The notes below the pieces were generated by a model, which saw only the letters and a list, made by a program, of their open reading frames with translations, was not told the DNA's origin and did not search any database. From Bdellovibrionales bacterium (GTDB lineage: Bacteria; Bdellovibrionota; Bdellovibrionia; Bdellovibrionales; UBA1609), in NCBI GenBank assembly GCA_050246815.1, contig JBFWVI010000058.1:1-16130 (forward strand): a stretch of 16,130 nt of DNA, read 5' to 3'. Shown here piece after piece: positions 1-7,843 of this stretch; within the stretch, counting starts at the first letter, position 1, and each line of letters starts with the position of its first letter. The position numbers and the translations under genes were made by a program.

Positions 1-639
1 CACCCCGGCCGCCCCAGCTAAGGAGGACCCAATCATAAACGTGAAGGTGATCACTCGGTCGGTGGGAATACCCATAAGCCTTGCGGTGTCTCGCGAAAAG
101 CTGACTGCACGCATGGCACGCCCCAAGCGCGTGCGAAAAATCACAAACTGCAATGTCAACATCAGCACCACGGCAATCACCGCCACCGTCAACTGCAAGG
201 GGTTGAGCTGCAGTTCGCCCAATCGCAACTCCCCTTCAGGCTGATAAACTTGCGGGAAAAACTTGGGGTCCGCCCCAAACACCAGCTGCCCAGAAAACTG
301 CAACAACAATGAAACCCCAACGGCCGTGATCAGCGAATTGATTGGGGGCGAATTGCGCAGAGGGCGGTAGGCAAATCGCTCGATCAACATACCAACCAAA
401 GCACAGCCAACCATGGCACTCACTAAAATGGCCAACAGGCCGCCTAGACTTGACGTTTCTTCAAGGCCCATCCAACGAGCGGAGTAATAACCTATAAAGG
501 CCCCAAGCATGTAGACTTCGCTGTGAGCAAAGTTGATCAGCCTTAAGACACCGTAGACCATGGTGTACCCAAGAGCGATCAGCGCATAAATGCTGCCCAA
601 GGAAAGTCCATTGATCACATGCTGAAAAAAATCGACCAT
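1..639 (-). CDS. livH: Branched-chain amino acid ABC transporter permease LivH (3' end runs off the window)
   Basis: Manual minus-strand translation from ATG at 639: MVDFFQHVINGLSLGSIYALIALGYTMVYGVLRLINFAHSEVYMLGAF...IERFAYRPLR...TRLGRAMRAVS...MGIPTDRVITFTFMIGSSLAGAAGV. It has the LivH motifs (GxIYALIAxG, INFAH, GRAMRA) and starts 7 bp after the livJ stop. Absent from the ORF track because it is truncated. Confidence 0.95.
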   Translation of the reverse strand, partial: MVDFFQHVINGLSLGSIYALIALGYTMVYGVLRLINFAHSEVYMLGAFIGYYSARWMGLEETSSLGGLLAILVSAMVGCALVGMLIERFAYRPLRNSPPINSLITAVGVSLLLQFSGQLVFGADPKFFPQVYQPEGELRLGELQLNPLQLTVAVIAVVLMLTLQFVIFRTRLGRAMRAVSFSRDTARLMGIPTDRVITFTFMIGSSLAGAAGV

Positions 640-646
640 CGACGTC

Positions 647-1801
647 CTAGGGGTTAATGGACGTCACAAATTTAAAGGTCCCGCCTTCAACTTTCAACAC
701 AACCGCAGGCTTTGAAGCATTTCGTTTTTCGTCAATGCTGATTTTGCCAGTCACACCTTGAAAGTCTTTGGTTTTCGCAATGGCGTCGCGCAAGGCTTTC
801 GATTCAATCGTGCCCGCACGTTTGATCGAATCAAATAGCACCAGGGCGGAATCATAGCCTTGGGCTGCCAATCCATTGGGAACCTCGCCGTAGGCTTCTT
901 TGTAGCGCTTGATGAAGTTTTGCACCACTTCGGATTTATCGTCTTGGGAGTAGTGATTCGAAAAATAATTTCCCTCCATCGCTTTGCCGCCAATCTTAAG
1001 CAGTTCCGGCGCATCCCAGCCATCACCACCCAAAAGAGGAACTTTCAATCCAAGCTCCTTCGCCTGGCGGGCGATCAAGCCCACCTGAGTGTAATAGCCG
1101 GGTACAAAAATCGCTTCAGGCTTTTTGCCGCGAATCGAAGTCAACTGAGCTTTGAAGTCCATGTCTTTGTTGGTATAGCTGATATCCAAGACGATTTCGC
1201 CACCAAGTTTTTTAAAGGTCTCAATAAAGGCATCCGCCAAACCCACACTATAGTCTTCGCCCACGTCACGCAAAACCGCGACTTTTTTAACTTTCAAATG
1301 ATCCCAGGCAAAACGGGCCATGACTTCACCTTGAAAGGGGTCGATGAAACAAACGCGAAAGATGTAATCGCCAATCATCGTCACCTCAGGATTAGTCGAA
1401 GACGGCGAAATCATCGGCACCTTGTTGCTTTGAGCGATAGGCGCCATTGCCTTACTGCGTTTACTGGCCACTTCTCCTAAAACCGCAGCCACTTTGTGCT
1501 GGGTCACAAGACGATTGGTAGCGGTGGCAGCCTCTTCTTCTTTGCCTTGATTGTCATATTTGACAATTTCGACCTGCTTACCTAAGAGTCCACCGGCCTC
1601 ATTTAGTTCTTTGGTCGCAAGCTCGACCCCGCGGTGAGTGGCAATGCCAAAAGCCGCGGTATCACCCGTGAAGCTTCCCACTTCGCCAACCATGATTTTG
1701 TTACCACTGTCTGATGCACCAGAATTTTGTGAATCCGTTTTTTTTGTGCAACCCAAGTTCAGCGCCAAAAGAGCCGCAATGAGGACGATCCAAAACTGCA
1801 T
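647..1801 (-). CDS. livJ: Branched-chain amino acid ABC transporter substrate-binding protein (LivJ/LivK family), probable lipoprotein
   Basis: Periplasmic binding protein type 1 motifs (GDTAAFG, MISPSSTNP, YIFRVCFIDPFQG, GGDGWD, FQGVTGKISID). N-terminal hydrophobic stretch with lipobox-like LNLG-C. Directly upstream of livH. Confidence 0.93.
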   Translation of the reverse strand: MQFWIVLIAALLALNLGCTKKTDSQNSGASDSGNKIMVGEVGSFTGDTAAFGIATHRGVELATKELNEAGGLLGKQVEIVKYDNQGKEEEAATATNRLVTQHKVAAVLGEVASKRSKAMAPIAQSNKVPMISPSSTNPEVTMIGDYIFRVCFIDPFQGEVMARFAWDHLKVKKVAVLRDVGEDYSVGLADAFIETFKKLGGEIVLDISYTNKDMDFKAQLTSIRGKKPEAIFVPGYYTQVGLIARQAKELGLKVPLLGGDGWDAPELLKIGGKAMEGNYFSNHYSQDDKSEVVQNFIKRYKEAYGEVPNGLAAQGYDSALVLFDSIKRAGTIESKALRDAIAKTKDFQGVTGKISIDEKRNASKPAVVLKVEGGTFKFVTSINP

Positions 1802-1830
1802 ATTCCCACCCTTGAAAAGCGAATACGCCA

Positions 1831-1859
1831 GTCTTATTAATCCCTTGTTAGGCTGTCAA
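1831..1859 (-). promoter_or_regulatory. Putative sigma70 promoter of the liv operon
   Basis: Minus strand TTGACA (1859-1854), 17-nt spacer, TAAGAC (1836-1831), about 30 nt upstream of the livJ ATG. Confidence 0.55.
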
Positions 1860-1901
1860 AAGACAAAGTCCGAAATCCCTGTTGCGCAGCGCAGAAACGG
1901 C

Positions 1902-3911
1902 CTATTTCGAGGCCGGAGCGCGATAGTCTTTGATTTCTGTGGTGGTATCGATTGTTTTTCCGCCGCTGTCATATTGACGCGAAATTTTCAGAACGCTCGT
2001 TCGGAGCGTGGGTGAATAATAGAAAATTTCAATGTTATTGGCGTTGTCATCTTGGCGACATTCGACCTTATAGGTCCAATAGTGTCCCAAAGACGTTTTT
2101 TGTTGTTGATAGCCTGTCACCTTACAAGTTCGCGTCACTCGCCATTTTTTGAGCTCATCAACCGTTTTACCATCTAAAATGTACGAAGAGCTTCGTCCGA
2201 CCGCCAACGGATAGGGTGCATGGGTGTCACCAATCTTGAGTTCGGTGTAATCCAAACCTCCATCAGTTGTATTTAACTGTTGTGTTGGGCCCACGAACAT
2301 ATTTCGTTTCGTGACCCGATAGGCACCTTGTTCAGACATCCAGGCGTAATCTTCTCCCAAATCTTGGCTCACAGTCCAACGCACTAGATTTTCTTTTATT
2401 CGGTTCTCTTCACCGGGCTTCATCGAACGCACACTGAAAACAAATTGCTCTCCCAATTTGTAACGCGGCAATGTGGCCGCCAATGGTTTACCATCTTTGT
2501 CCAAACCGCGCTCGTTCAAGCCGTCATCTTTGGGAATAACTTGCTGAGCCTGATCAAAGGCCACTCCCCTTTGGTTTTCACCCGCCTCGGCCGCCACAGT
2601 AGGCTCTGCCACTGGTTTTGCCGTTGAAGATTGCGTGATTTCGGTCTTGGGGGCTGGCCGCAACATGGTCTTCCAGAATAATCCGCCACCAATTAACACC
2701 ACCACACCCATGATCAGGGCGAAGTTCATGGAGTTTTCCTCATGCCGTTCGTGCTGCCGGGTGTGTGCAGCCGCAAAAGTGGCGTTGGCCATTGTTTTCT
2801 TTTGGCTTAAGTCACTGCGCACAAACGTGAAGCGCTCAAGAGCTTCTTGCAAAGGACCGTCACTCAAGGTGATTTCATTGGACTGCTCGCCCGTGGCAAC
2901 GGTTTTATTGGGATCAAAGGACATCTCGGTCTGGATATCGCAGGCCAAATTCACGATCATTTTGATTTCAGGGTCTTCATACCCCTTCGAACGCATGCGC
3001 TTTTGAATGTCATCAAAGTTAACCACTTTGCGCGCATGAACGCTTTGCACTTTCAATTCGCTGGGAATCTCGTTTAAGTCGATGGCGTTTAAGTCGGTGA
3101 TAACATCTGCCACAGAGGCGTAACGATCCGGCAATTTTTTTGCAGTCATCTTCAGGATCAGACGCTTGACTGAGTCCGGAAGCAAAACCTCAATCTTTTT
3201 AGGAAACTCAATGGGTTTGTTGCGAATCTGCTCGAGTGTTTCAAAGGTGTTTTTACCGACAAAGGGCACCCGACCCGTCAACATTTCATAGAGAATTACA
3301 CCCATACCATAGATGTCGGTTTGATGCCCTGGCGGATAACCCCTGGCGATCTCGGGCGCCAAGTAATTCAAGGTGCCGATGAACATGCCGGTGGCGGTCT
3401 TATAGCCGTCCTGATCACCTATAAGCTTGGCGATACCAAAGTCGATGATTTTGACGTTTTTATTTTTGTCGATGATGATATTGGCCGGCTTCAAATCACG
3501 GTGAATGATGGCGGCGGCGTGGGCGGCCTGCATGCCATCAAGCAACTGGCGAAAAATGCGTAAGGTTTCGTCAATTCCGTAAGGGGATCTTTTAATAAAG
3601 TCATCCAGACTCGTCCCTTCGATGAACTCCATGGCCATGTAGTATTGTTTGTCGATTTGCCCGAAGGCCAACAAGTTGACCACATTGGTGTGACTGAGTC
3701 GCGCGAGCGCTTTGGCTTCGCCCAAAAAGCGCTGCACCATTTCGTCCGAGTCCATGCCCTTTTCATTGATGACTTTCAAGGCCACACGGCGTTCGATGGC
3801 GACTTCAAGTGCCTCATACACCTCGCCCATGCCGCCACTGCCGATCAGGCGGACAACTTTGTATTGGCCCAGCATGGAGCCGGGTTTTAATGCATTGCTT
3901 GGTGCCTTCAT
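1902..3911 (-). CDS. Membrane-anchored Hanks-type serine/threonine protein kinase with a C-terminal extracytoplasmic beta-rich domain
   Basis: Kinase subdomain motifs IGSGGMGEVY, VALKV, HRDLKPANI, DFGIAK, GTLNYLAPE and DIYGMG. Single TM helix FALIMGVVVLIGGGLFW. C-terminal beta-strand-rich domain of about 190 aa. Confidence 0.95.
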   Translation of the reverse strand: MKAPSNALKPGSMLGQYKVVRLIGSGGMGEVYEALEVAIERRVALKVINEKGMDSDEMVQRFLGEAKALARLSHTNVVNLLAFGQIDKQYYMAMEFIEGTSLDDFIKRSPYGIDETLRIFRQLLDGMQAAHAAAIIHRDLKPANIIIDKNKNVKIIDFGIAKLIGDQDGYKTATGMFIGTLNYLAPEIARGYPPGHQTDIYGMGVILYEMLTGRVPFVGKNTFETLEQIRNKPIEFPKKIEVLLPDSVKRLILKMTAKKLPDRYASVADVITDLNAIDLNEIPSELKVQSVHARKVVNFDDIQKRMRSKGYEDPEIKMIVNLACDIQTEMSFDPNKTVATGEQSNEITLSDGPLQEALERFTFVRSDLSQKKTMANATFAAAHTRQHERHEENSMNFALIMGVVVLIGGGLFWKTMLRPAPKTEITQSSTAKPVAEPTVAAEAGENQRGVAFDQAQQVIPKDDGLNERGLDKDGKPLAATLPRYKLGEQFVFSVRSMKPGEENRIKENLVRWTVSQDLGEDYAWMSEQGAYRVTKRNMFVGPTQQLNTTDGGLDYTELKIGDTHAPYPLAVGRSSSYILDGKTVDELKKWRVTRTCKVTGYQQQKTSLGHYWTYKVECRQDDNANNIEIFYYSPTLRTSVLKISRQYDSGGKTIDTTTEIKDYRAPASK

Positions 3912-3916
3912 ATGTC

Positions 3917-3951
3917 ATTGTATTCTTCGGCTTTTTGCAGGTCGCACTTGA
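3917..3951 (-). promoter_or_regulatory. Putative promoter of the kinase gene (sigma28/FliA-like, with an overlapping sigma70-like -10)
   Basis: Minus strand TCAAG (3951-3947)-N15-GCCGAAGA (3931-3924) resembles the sigma28 consensus. TACAAT (3922-3917) lies 5 nt before the ATG. Confidence 0.35.
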
Positions 3952-4059
3952 CCTGACCAGAGGCCAGAGCCAGGACCTAGGTCTGGCCGCAGACGTGTTT
4001 TCTACGGCCCGTTTTTCACTTTCCCGATTTTCTGGAATAAGAGTATCATTTGGCTACAC

Positions 4060-4476
4060 ATGCAGGTTTATGTCGGGCGTCCAGTTCAAATCATGACGGC
4101 TTTGTTTACTGCGCTGTCGCTGTTTGCGACCATCTCATTTTGGACTTTTATGGATAAGTTTGGCTTTCGCCAACCCACCTTCGATTACGCCTTAGGCGTA
4201 ATTTTGATTCTGGTGAGTATTAGCCTATGCATTAATGCCTACAACTTCTTTTCTTTTCCATCGCTCACCATCGAGCAAGATCGCATTCTATTACAAAACT
4301 TTCCCCGCGGAAAACGCGCCATTTTGTTGAAAGATTTGAAAGGTATCAAACAAAGCTATTTGGGACTCTCACCCATGCTTGAGTTGGAATACCAAAAACA
4401 GGGGCGCCTTAGTCGCACCATCGTCGCCGCTGAAAGCGCAAAGCAAAACGAAGTCATTAGATTATTGAATAAGTAA
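4060..4476 (+). CDS. Small membrane protein (two TM helices followed by a bacterial PH-like soluble domain)
   Basis: Two hydrophobic segments (ALFTALSLFATISFW; YALGVILILVSISLCI), then the pattern LTIEQDRILL...ILLKDLKGI...LELEY typical of bPH-like domains. Fills the gap between neighbouring genes. The start could instead be 4093. Confidence 0.7.
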   Translation: MQVYVGRPVQIMTALFTALSLFATISFWTFMDKFGFRQPTFDYALGVILILVSISLCINAYNFFSFPSLTIEQDRILLQNFPRGKRAILLKDLKGIKQSYLGLSPMLELEYQKQGRLSRTIVAAESAKQNEVIRLLNK

Positions 4477-4493
4477 CAGCGCTAGAGATGATT

Positions 4494-5090
4494 CTAGTGC
4501 GTTTGGCAGGCCGGAGGCCCCATGATGCGCCATTCATGCATGCTACTACCGCCAGAAGCAGTCGGCATCATCGCAAACCAACAGGGCTCAGCTGCGCTTT
4601 TACCCTGTGCACGATAAGTCACCACCGTGCGAGCATCTTCGGTGCGTATACCCAAAATTTCTTCAATATCAGGTTTCACAACATGTGAAAATGCGCGGAC
4701 ATAGCGCAAGGCTCTGACAAAACCAGACATGTCTTTTTGTAACATAGTTTCAGATTGCAGACTGATTACCCCTTGGGACTGCGCCATTTTCATTGCGGGC
4801 GCGACACAGCGATCATCTTTGGGCTCAAAAAATGTGGTCCCGTCTTGCCCGAAGTTCAATTTGCCCACGCATTCTTGGCCCGCCAAAACATAGCGAACCA
4901 TCAAGCCCTTTTCGTAGCTGACCACTTCCAAAATTCGCCCATTCGCGCCTAATGCCTCGGCCACCTGGGGATGCTTTTGCACCAAAGCCAGGCCCTGCGA
5001 AAAATCCATCAGATAAGCATTACTGACGGGCTTCGCCAGCGCCAAACACGGGACTAACCAGAATAAGTTTATTAGGCGAAAGCATTTCAT
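4494..5090 (-). CDS. Secreted hypothetical protein with two tandem Cys-pair domains
   Basis: ORF 4494..5126. The start at 5090 (MKCFRLINLFWLVPCLALA-K) gives a signal peptide with an ALA cleavage site and has a promoter just upstream. Confidence 0.75.
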   Translation of the reverse strand: MKCFRLINLFWLVPCLALAKPVSNAYLMDFSQGLALVQKHPQVAEALGANGRILEVVSYEKGLMVRYVLAGQECVGKLNFGQDGTTFFEPKDDRCVAPAMKMAQSQGVISLQSETMLQKDMSGFVRALRYVRAFSHVVKPDIEEILGIRTEDARTVVTYRAQGKSAAEPCWFAMMPTASGGSSMHEWRIMGPPACQTH

Positions 5091-5097
5091 TCTGACC

Positions 5098-5126
5098 GTT
5101 ATAATGCAAGGCGACGAAAGACACAA
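5098..5126 (-). promoter_or_regulatory. Putative sigma70 promoter giving a leaderless or nearly leaderless mRNA
   Basis: Minus strand TTGTGT (5126-5121)-N17-TATAAC (5103-5098)-N7-ATG (5090), with no Shine-Dalgarno. Confidence 0.45.
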
Positions 5127-5172
5127 GTTTCCGGGCTAAATTGTTGATTACCTTGTCATATGTACATGGTCC

Positions 5173-5204
5173 AAAAAGCAAAGGGCGCTTCATCATGCGC
5201 CCTT
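5173..5204 (-). terminator. Rho-independent terminator of the 5236..6252 gene
   Basis: Perfect 8-bp stem AAGGGCGC (5181-5188) / GCGCCCTT (5197-5204) with an 8-nt loop, followed on the minus strand by TGCTTTTT, about 30 nt after the stop codon. Confidence 0.75.
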
Positions 5205-5235
5205 CTTTCAGCCCTTAAATTGAATCGAATTCTGA

Positions 5236-6252
5236 TTAGGGACGACGCTTTTCCGGTAATTCCGGGTTCGGGGTGTCTGCGTTGTCTTCATCGTCATCCG
5301 TCGAGCGGCCAGGAGTCAATCCCGCACGCTCGCGCATGGCCTTGTCGATTTCGCGGGCAATCACTTTTTGAGTGTTTTTGTAAATGTCTTGCTGGGACTT
5401 TTCAAACAAGCCCATGACGGCTTCGCCCTTCATGATCGTGGTCATATTGAGGCGTGGTGTACCCAATTCGGCGGTTGGACCGACTTCCAACGCCACCGCT
5501 GCAAAAGCAAAGTCAACCCAGCCGGGCATTTCCCAGTTGGACAGCACGCCTGCTTTCGCGTTCAAGCCCACACCCATGGTCACCGGGCTCCAAGAAAGAC
5601 CTGGGCCTACGCCCCAGAATTGATCCGGCTTCACTAGGGCTTTGTTTAAATCCCAGATCGCGCCTAAACCAACGCGCCAGCGGGCGCCGCCGCCAATACC
5701 CAAACCGACGTCAACAGAGGGCCAACCCACGAACGAGGTACGCAACGAAGCGTATTCTTCGACCGTTTGATTAGTCCGGATGTCGATTTTTGCGACTTTC
5801 ACCGGCATAATCACCAATCCAGCAACGGCCGATGCGCCAACGCCTTTACCCATGTTGATCGAAAACTTGTGACCGCCGAACAGAATCAGGCCATCCGGTA
5901 GGATGTCGATTTTTTCAAGTTTACCGCCGCGGGCGCGCTGTTCCTTGATAAAGTCGTTTAAATAGATAACCAGATCGTCCATATCTTCTTGCGACTTGCG
6001 AAAACGCTCCAAATCGTCGCGATTCATCACCGCTTCGGGCAAAATGCGGCTTTTCATCATCGAAGCGAGAGTGCTGGTCATCGCCTTGTGGGCCAGTTCT
6101 GCTGTGACTTTTACGCCATCGGCAGTGGACCACAACTCAGTGTAGGGAGTGACTTTGTAAAGGTAGTTGCCTTCGCGCTCATAATATTCCGCGAAAACCG
6201 GCTGAACCGCTGCCATCATAAAAGCGAATAAAAGACCAAATCGTTTCATCAT
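5236..6252 (-). CDS. Secreted hypothetical protein with a Gly-rich amphipathic beta-strand core
   Basis: Signal peptide MMKRFGLLFAFMMAAVQPVFA, purine-rich RBS (AAGGGGGA) upstream, 338-aa ORF, downstream terminator. Confidence 0.85.
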   Translation of the reverse strand: MMKRFGLLFAFMMAAVQPVFAEYYEREGNYLYKVTPYTELWSTADGVKVTAELAHKAMTSTLASMMKSRILPEAVMNRDDLERFRKSQEDMDDLVIYLNDFIKEQRARGGKLEKIDILPDGLILFGGHKFSINMGKGVGASAVAGLVIMPVKVAKIDIRTNQTVEEYASLRTSFVGWPSVDVGLGIGGGARWRVGLGAIWDLNKALVKPDQFWGVGPGLSWSPVTMGVGLNAKAGVLSNWEMPGWVDFAFAAVALEVGPTAELGTPRLNMTTIMKGEAVMGLFEKSQQDIYKNTQKVIAREIDKAMRERAGLTPGRSTDDDEDNADTPNPELPEKRRP

Positions 6253-6590
6253 TCCCCCTTAGGATTAAATTTCGCGGGTCAGATTGCTGCTTTCAGCCTG
6301 AGGGGTCAAATTGGTGGGCGAAGATGAGTATTTTTCTGTGCCCCCTGAAAATCCTTCGTGGCTGATGCCGCACCGCCTGTCATTCGATTTTATGTAATCG
6401 AAGTGCGTTAAGACTTTGATTTGCCCTACGACTGGTCGCAGCGTAGGGCTGGCTTGAGGCTTTTTCGCCGCGTGCAGCTTTTTCTCGGTCCCCAGGCTTA
6501 TCAAAAGGAAAGAAATTTCTTCGACAATTCTGTGACTTGCTCACGCTATTGGTCATCGCACACAATGTGAATTCCTCGGGGGAGGGATGT

Positions 6591-6962
6591 ATGTTTCGTT
6601 GGATTCCAATTTTTGCATGCGGTTTATCCTTAATTGCTTGCGCCAATCGACCCGTGGCACCACAGGCCGAACTAAGTCCTGAAGAGCTCTTTCAGCAAAT
6701 GCCTCAGCCCGTTGCGGCTGAACTGGATGATGATTCTTTTCATCAGCCATTGGACGAGGAGCACATCAGTGCGGCCGACCGCATGCGCTTACTGAATGAA
6801 ATTTCAATCCTTGACGCCGAAATCGTCGCTAAAGAAGGGCAAATTGCCCACTTTCGACTACTCGACGACAATCTCTGGAAGAATCAAGCCACGGCTTTGA
6901 AAGCTGAGATCGCTCATTTGCGCGCTCGCAAAACCAATATGGAAGCCCAGTTGCAAAGATGA
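6591..6962 (+). CDS. Small lipoprotein with a C-terminal coiled-coil hairpin
   Basis: GGAGG RBS upstream of ATG 6591. MFRWIPIFACGLSLIA-C lipobox. Heptad-like helices (LLNEISILDAEIVAKEGQI; LKAEIAHLRARKTNMEAQL). The stop overlaps the next start (ATGA). Confidence 0.8.
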   Translation: MFRWIPIFACGLSLIACANRPVAPQAELSPEELFQQMPQPVAAELDDDSFHQPLDEEHISAADRMRLLNEISILDAEIVAKEGQIAHFRLLDDNLWKNQATALKAEIAHLRARKTNMEAQLQR

Positions 6963-7843
6963 AAACCAGTCTGTGGCGTGGCCTTATTGCAGGCGGATTA
7001 TTTATTGCCAACACGCTATTTTTTAGCGTCCCAATTTTAATCCTGGCGGTGGCAAAGGCGGCGATCCCCCTTAAGGTCTGGCGCAACTGGAGCACCAAAA
7101 AAATGGTGGCCTGCGGTGAAAGCTGGATCAGCGTCAATGCCTGGAACATGTCCGTCACCCAGAATATCACTTGGGATATTCACGGCCTGGAAGGCCTCAA
7201 ACGCGACGGCACCTATTTGGTGATCGCCAATCACCAATCCTGGATCGACATCGTGGTTCTGCAGTATATTTTCAATCGACGCATACCTTTTTTACGCTTT
7301 TTTCTGAAGTCTCAGCTGTTTTATCTGCCCATTTTTGGTTTGGTCTGGTGGGCTTTGGACTTTCCATTTATGAAACGCCATTCACCTGAGTATCTTAAGC
7401 GACACCCCGAACGCCGCGGCCAAGACATGCTGACCACCAAAAAGACGGCCGAACGCTTTCGCGGGCATCCGGTTTCGATTCTCAACTTCCTTGAGGGCAC
7501 CCGATTCACCGTCGCTAAAAAAGAGCGGCAAAATTCGCCCTTTCGTCATCTCTTGGCCCCCAAGGTGGGTGGCATGGCCTTTGTCCTGCAAGCCATGGGC
7601 GATCAGTTCACAAGTATTTTGGATGTGAGTATTTGCTACCCCGGGCAAACCATCAACTTCGGGCAGGCCCTTTGCGGTGCTTGGCACAAAGTCGTGGTGA
7701 AAGTACGTCATATCCCCGTGCCCCAGTGGGCTTTGGCCGGTGACTATGCCGAGGACCGAGAGCACCGCATTCGACTGCAAAATTGGGTTCGCGATATATG
7801 GCAAGAAAAGGACCAATTTTTAAGTCAAGTTACGCCGGGCTAA
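6959..7843 (+). CDS. yihG: Lysophospholipid acyltransferase, YihG family (PlsC superfamily)
   Basis: NHQSWID (HxxxxD) catalytic motif, FFLKxQLxYLPIFGLVWWALDFPFMKRHS, NFLEGTRFT, SPFRHLLAPKVGG, and the C-terminal WQEKD typical of YihG. Confidence 0.9.
   Translation: MKTSLWRGLIAGGLFIANTLFFSVPILILAVAKAAIPLKVWRNWSTKKMVACGESWISVNAWNMSVTQNITWDIHGLEGLKRDGTYLVIANHQSWIDIVVLQYIFNRRIPFLRFFLKSQLFYLPIFGLVWWALDFPFMKRHSPEYLKRHPERRGQDMLTTKKTAERFRGHPVSILNFLEGTRFTVAKKERQNSPFRHLLAPKVGGMAFVLQAMGDQFTSILDVSICYPGQTINFGQALCGAWHKVVVKVRHIPVPQWALAGDYAEDREHRIRLQNWVRDIWQEKDQFLSQVTPG

Noticed and set aside
860..1480. 206-aa plus-strand ORF and other antisense or nested ORFs in the track (e.g. 1638..2015, 2635..3006, 7382..7816)
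   Set aside because: They are shadows of well-supported genes on the opposite strand or in another frame, with no motifs of their own.
3957..3988. Short CCAGAG-like repeats and palindrome GACCTAGGTC with GGCCAGA/TCTGGCC arms
   Set aside because: Too short and imperfect, single occurrence, no U-tract; cannot be called a REP, terminator or CRISPR repeat.
6265..6646. Minus-strand ORFs of 79 and 88 aa in the divergent intergenic region
   Set aside because: No RBS or protein-like features; one overlaps the lipoprotein gene antisense.
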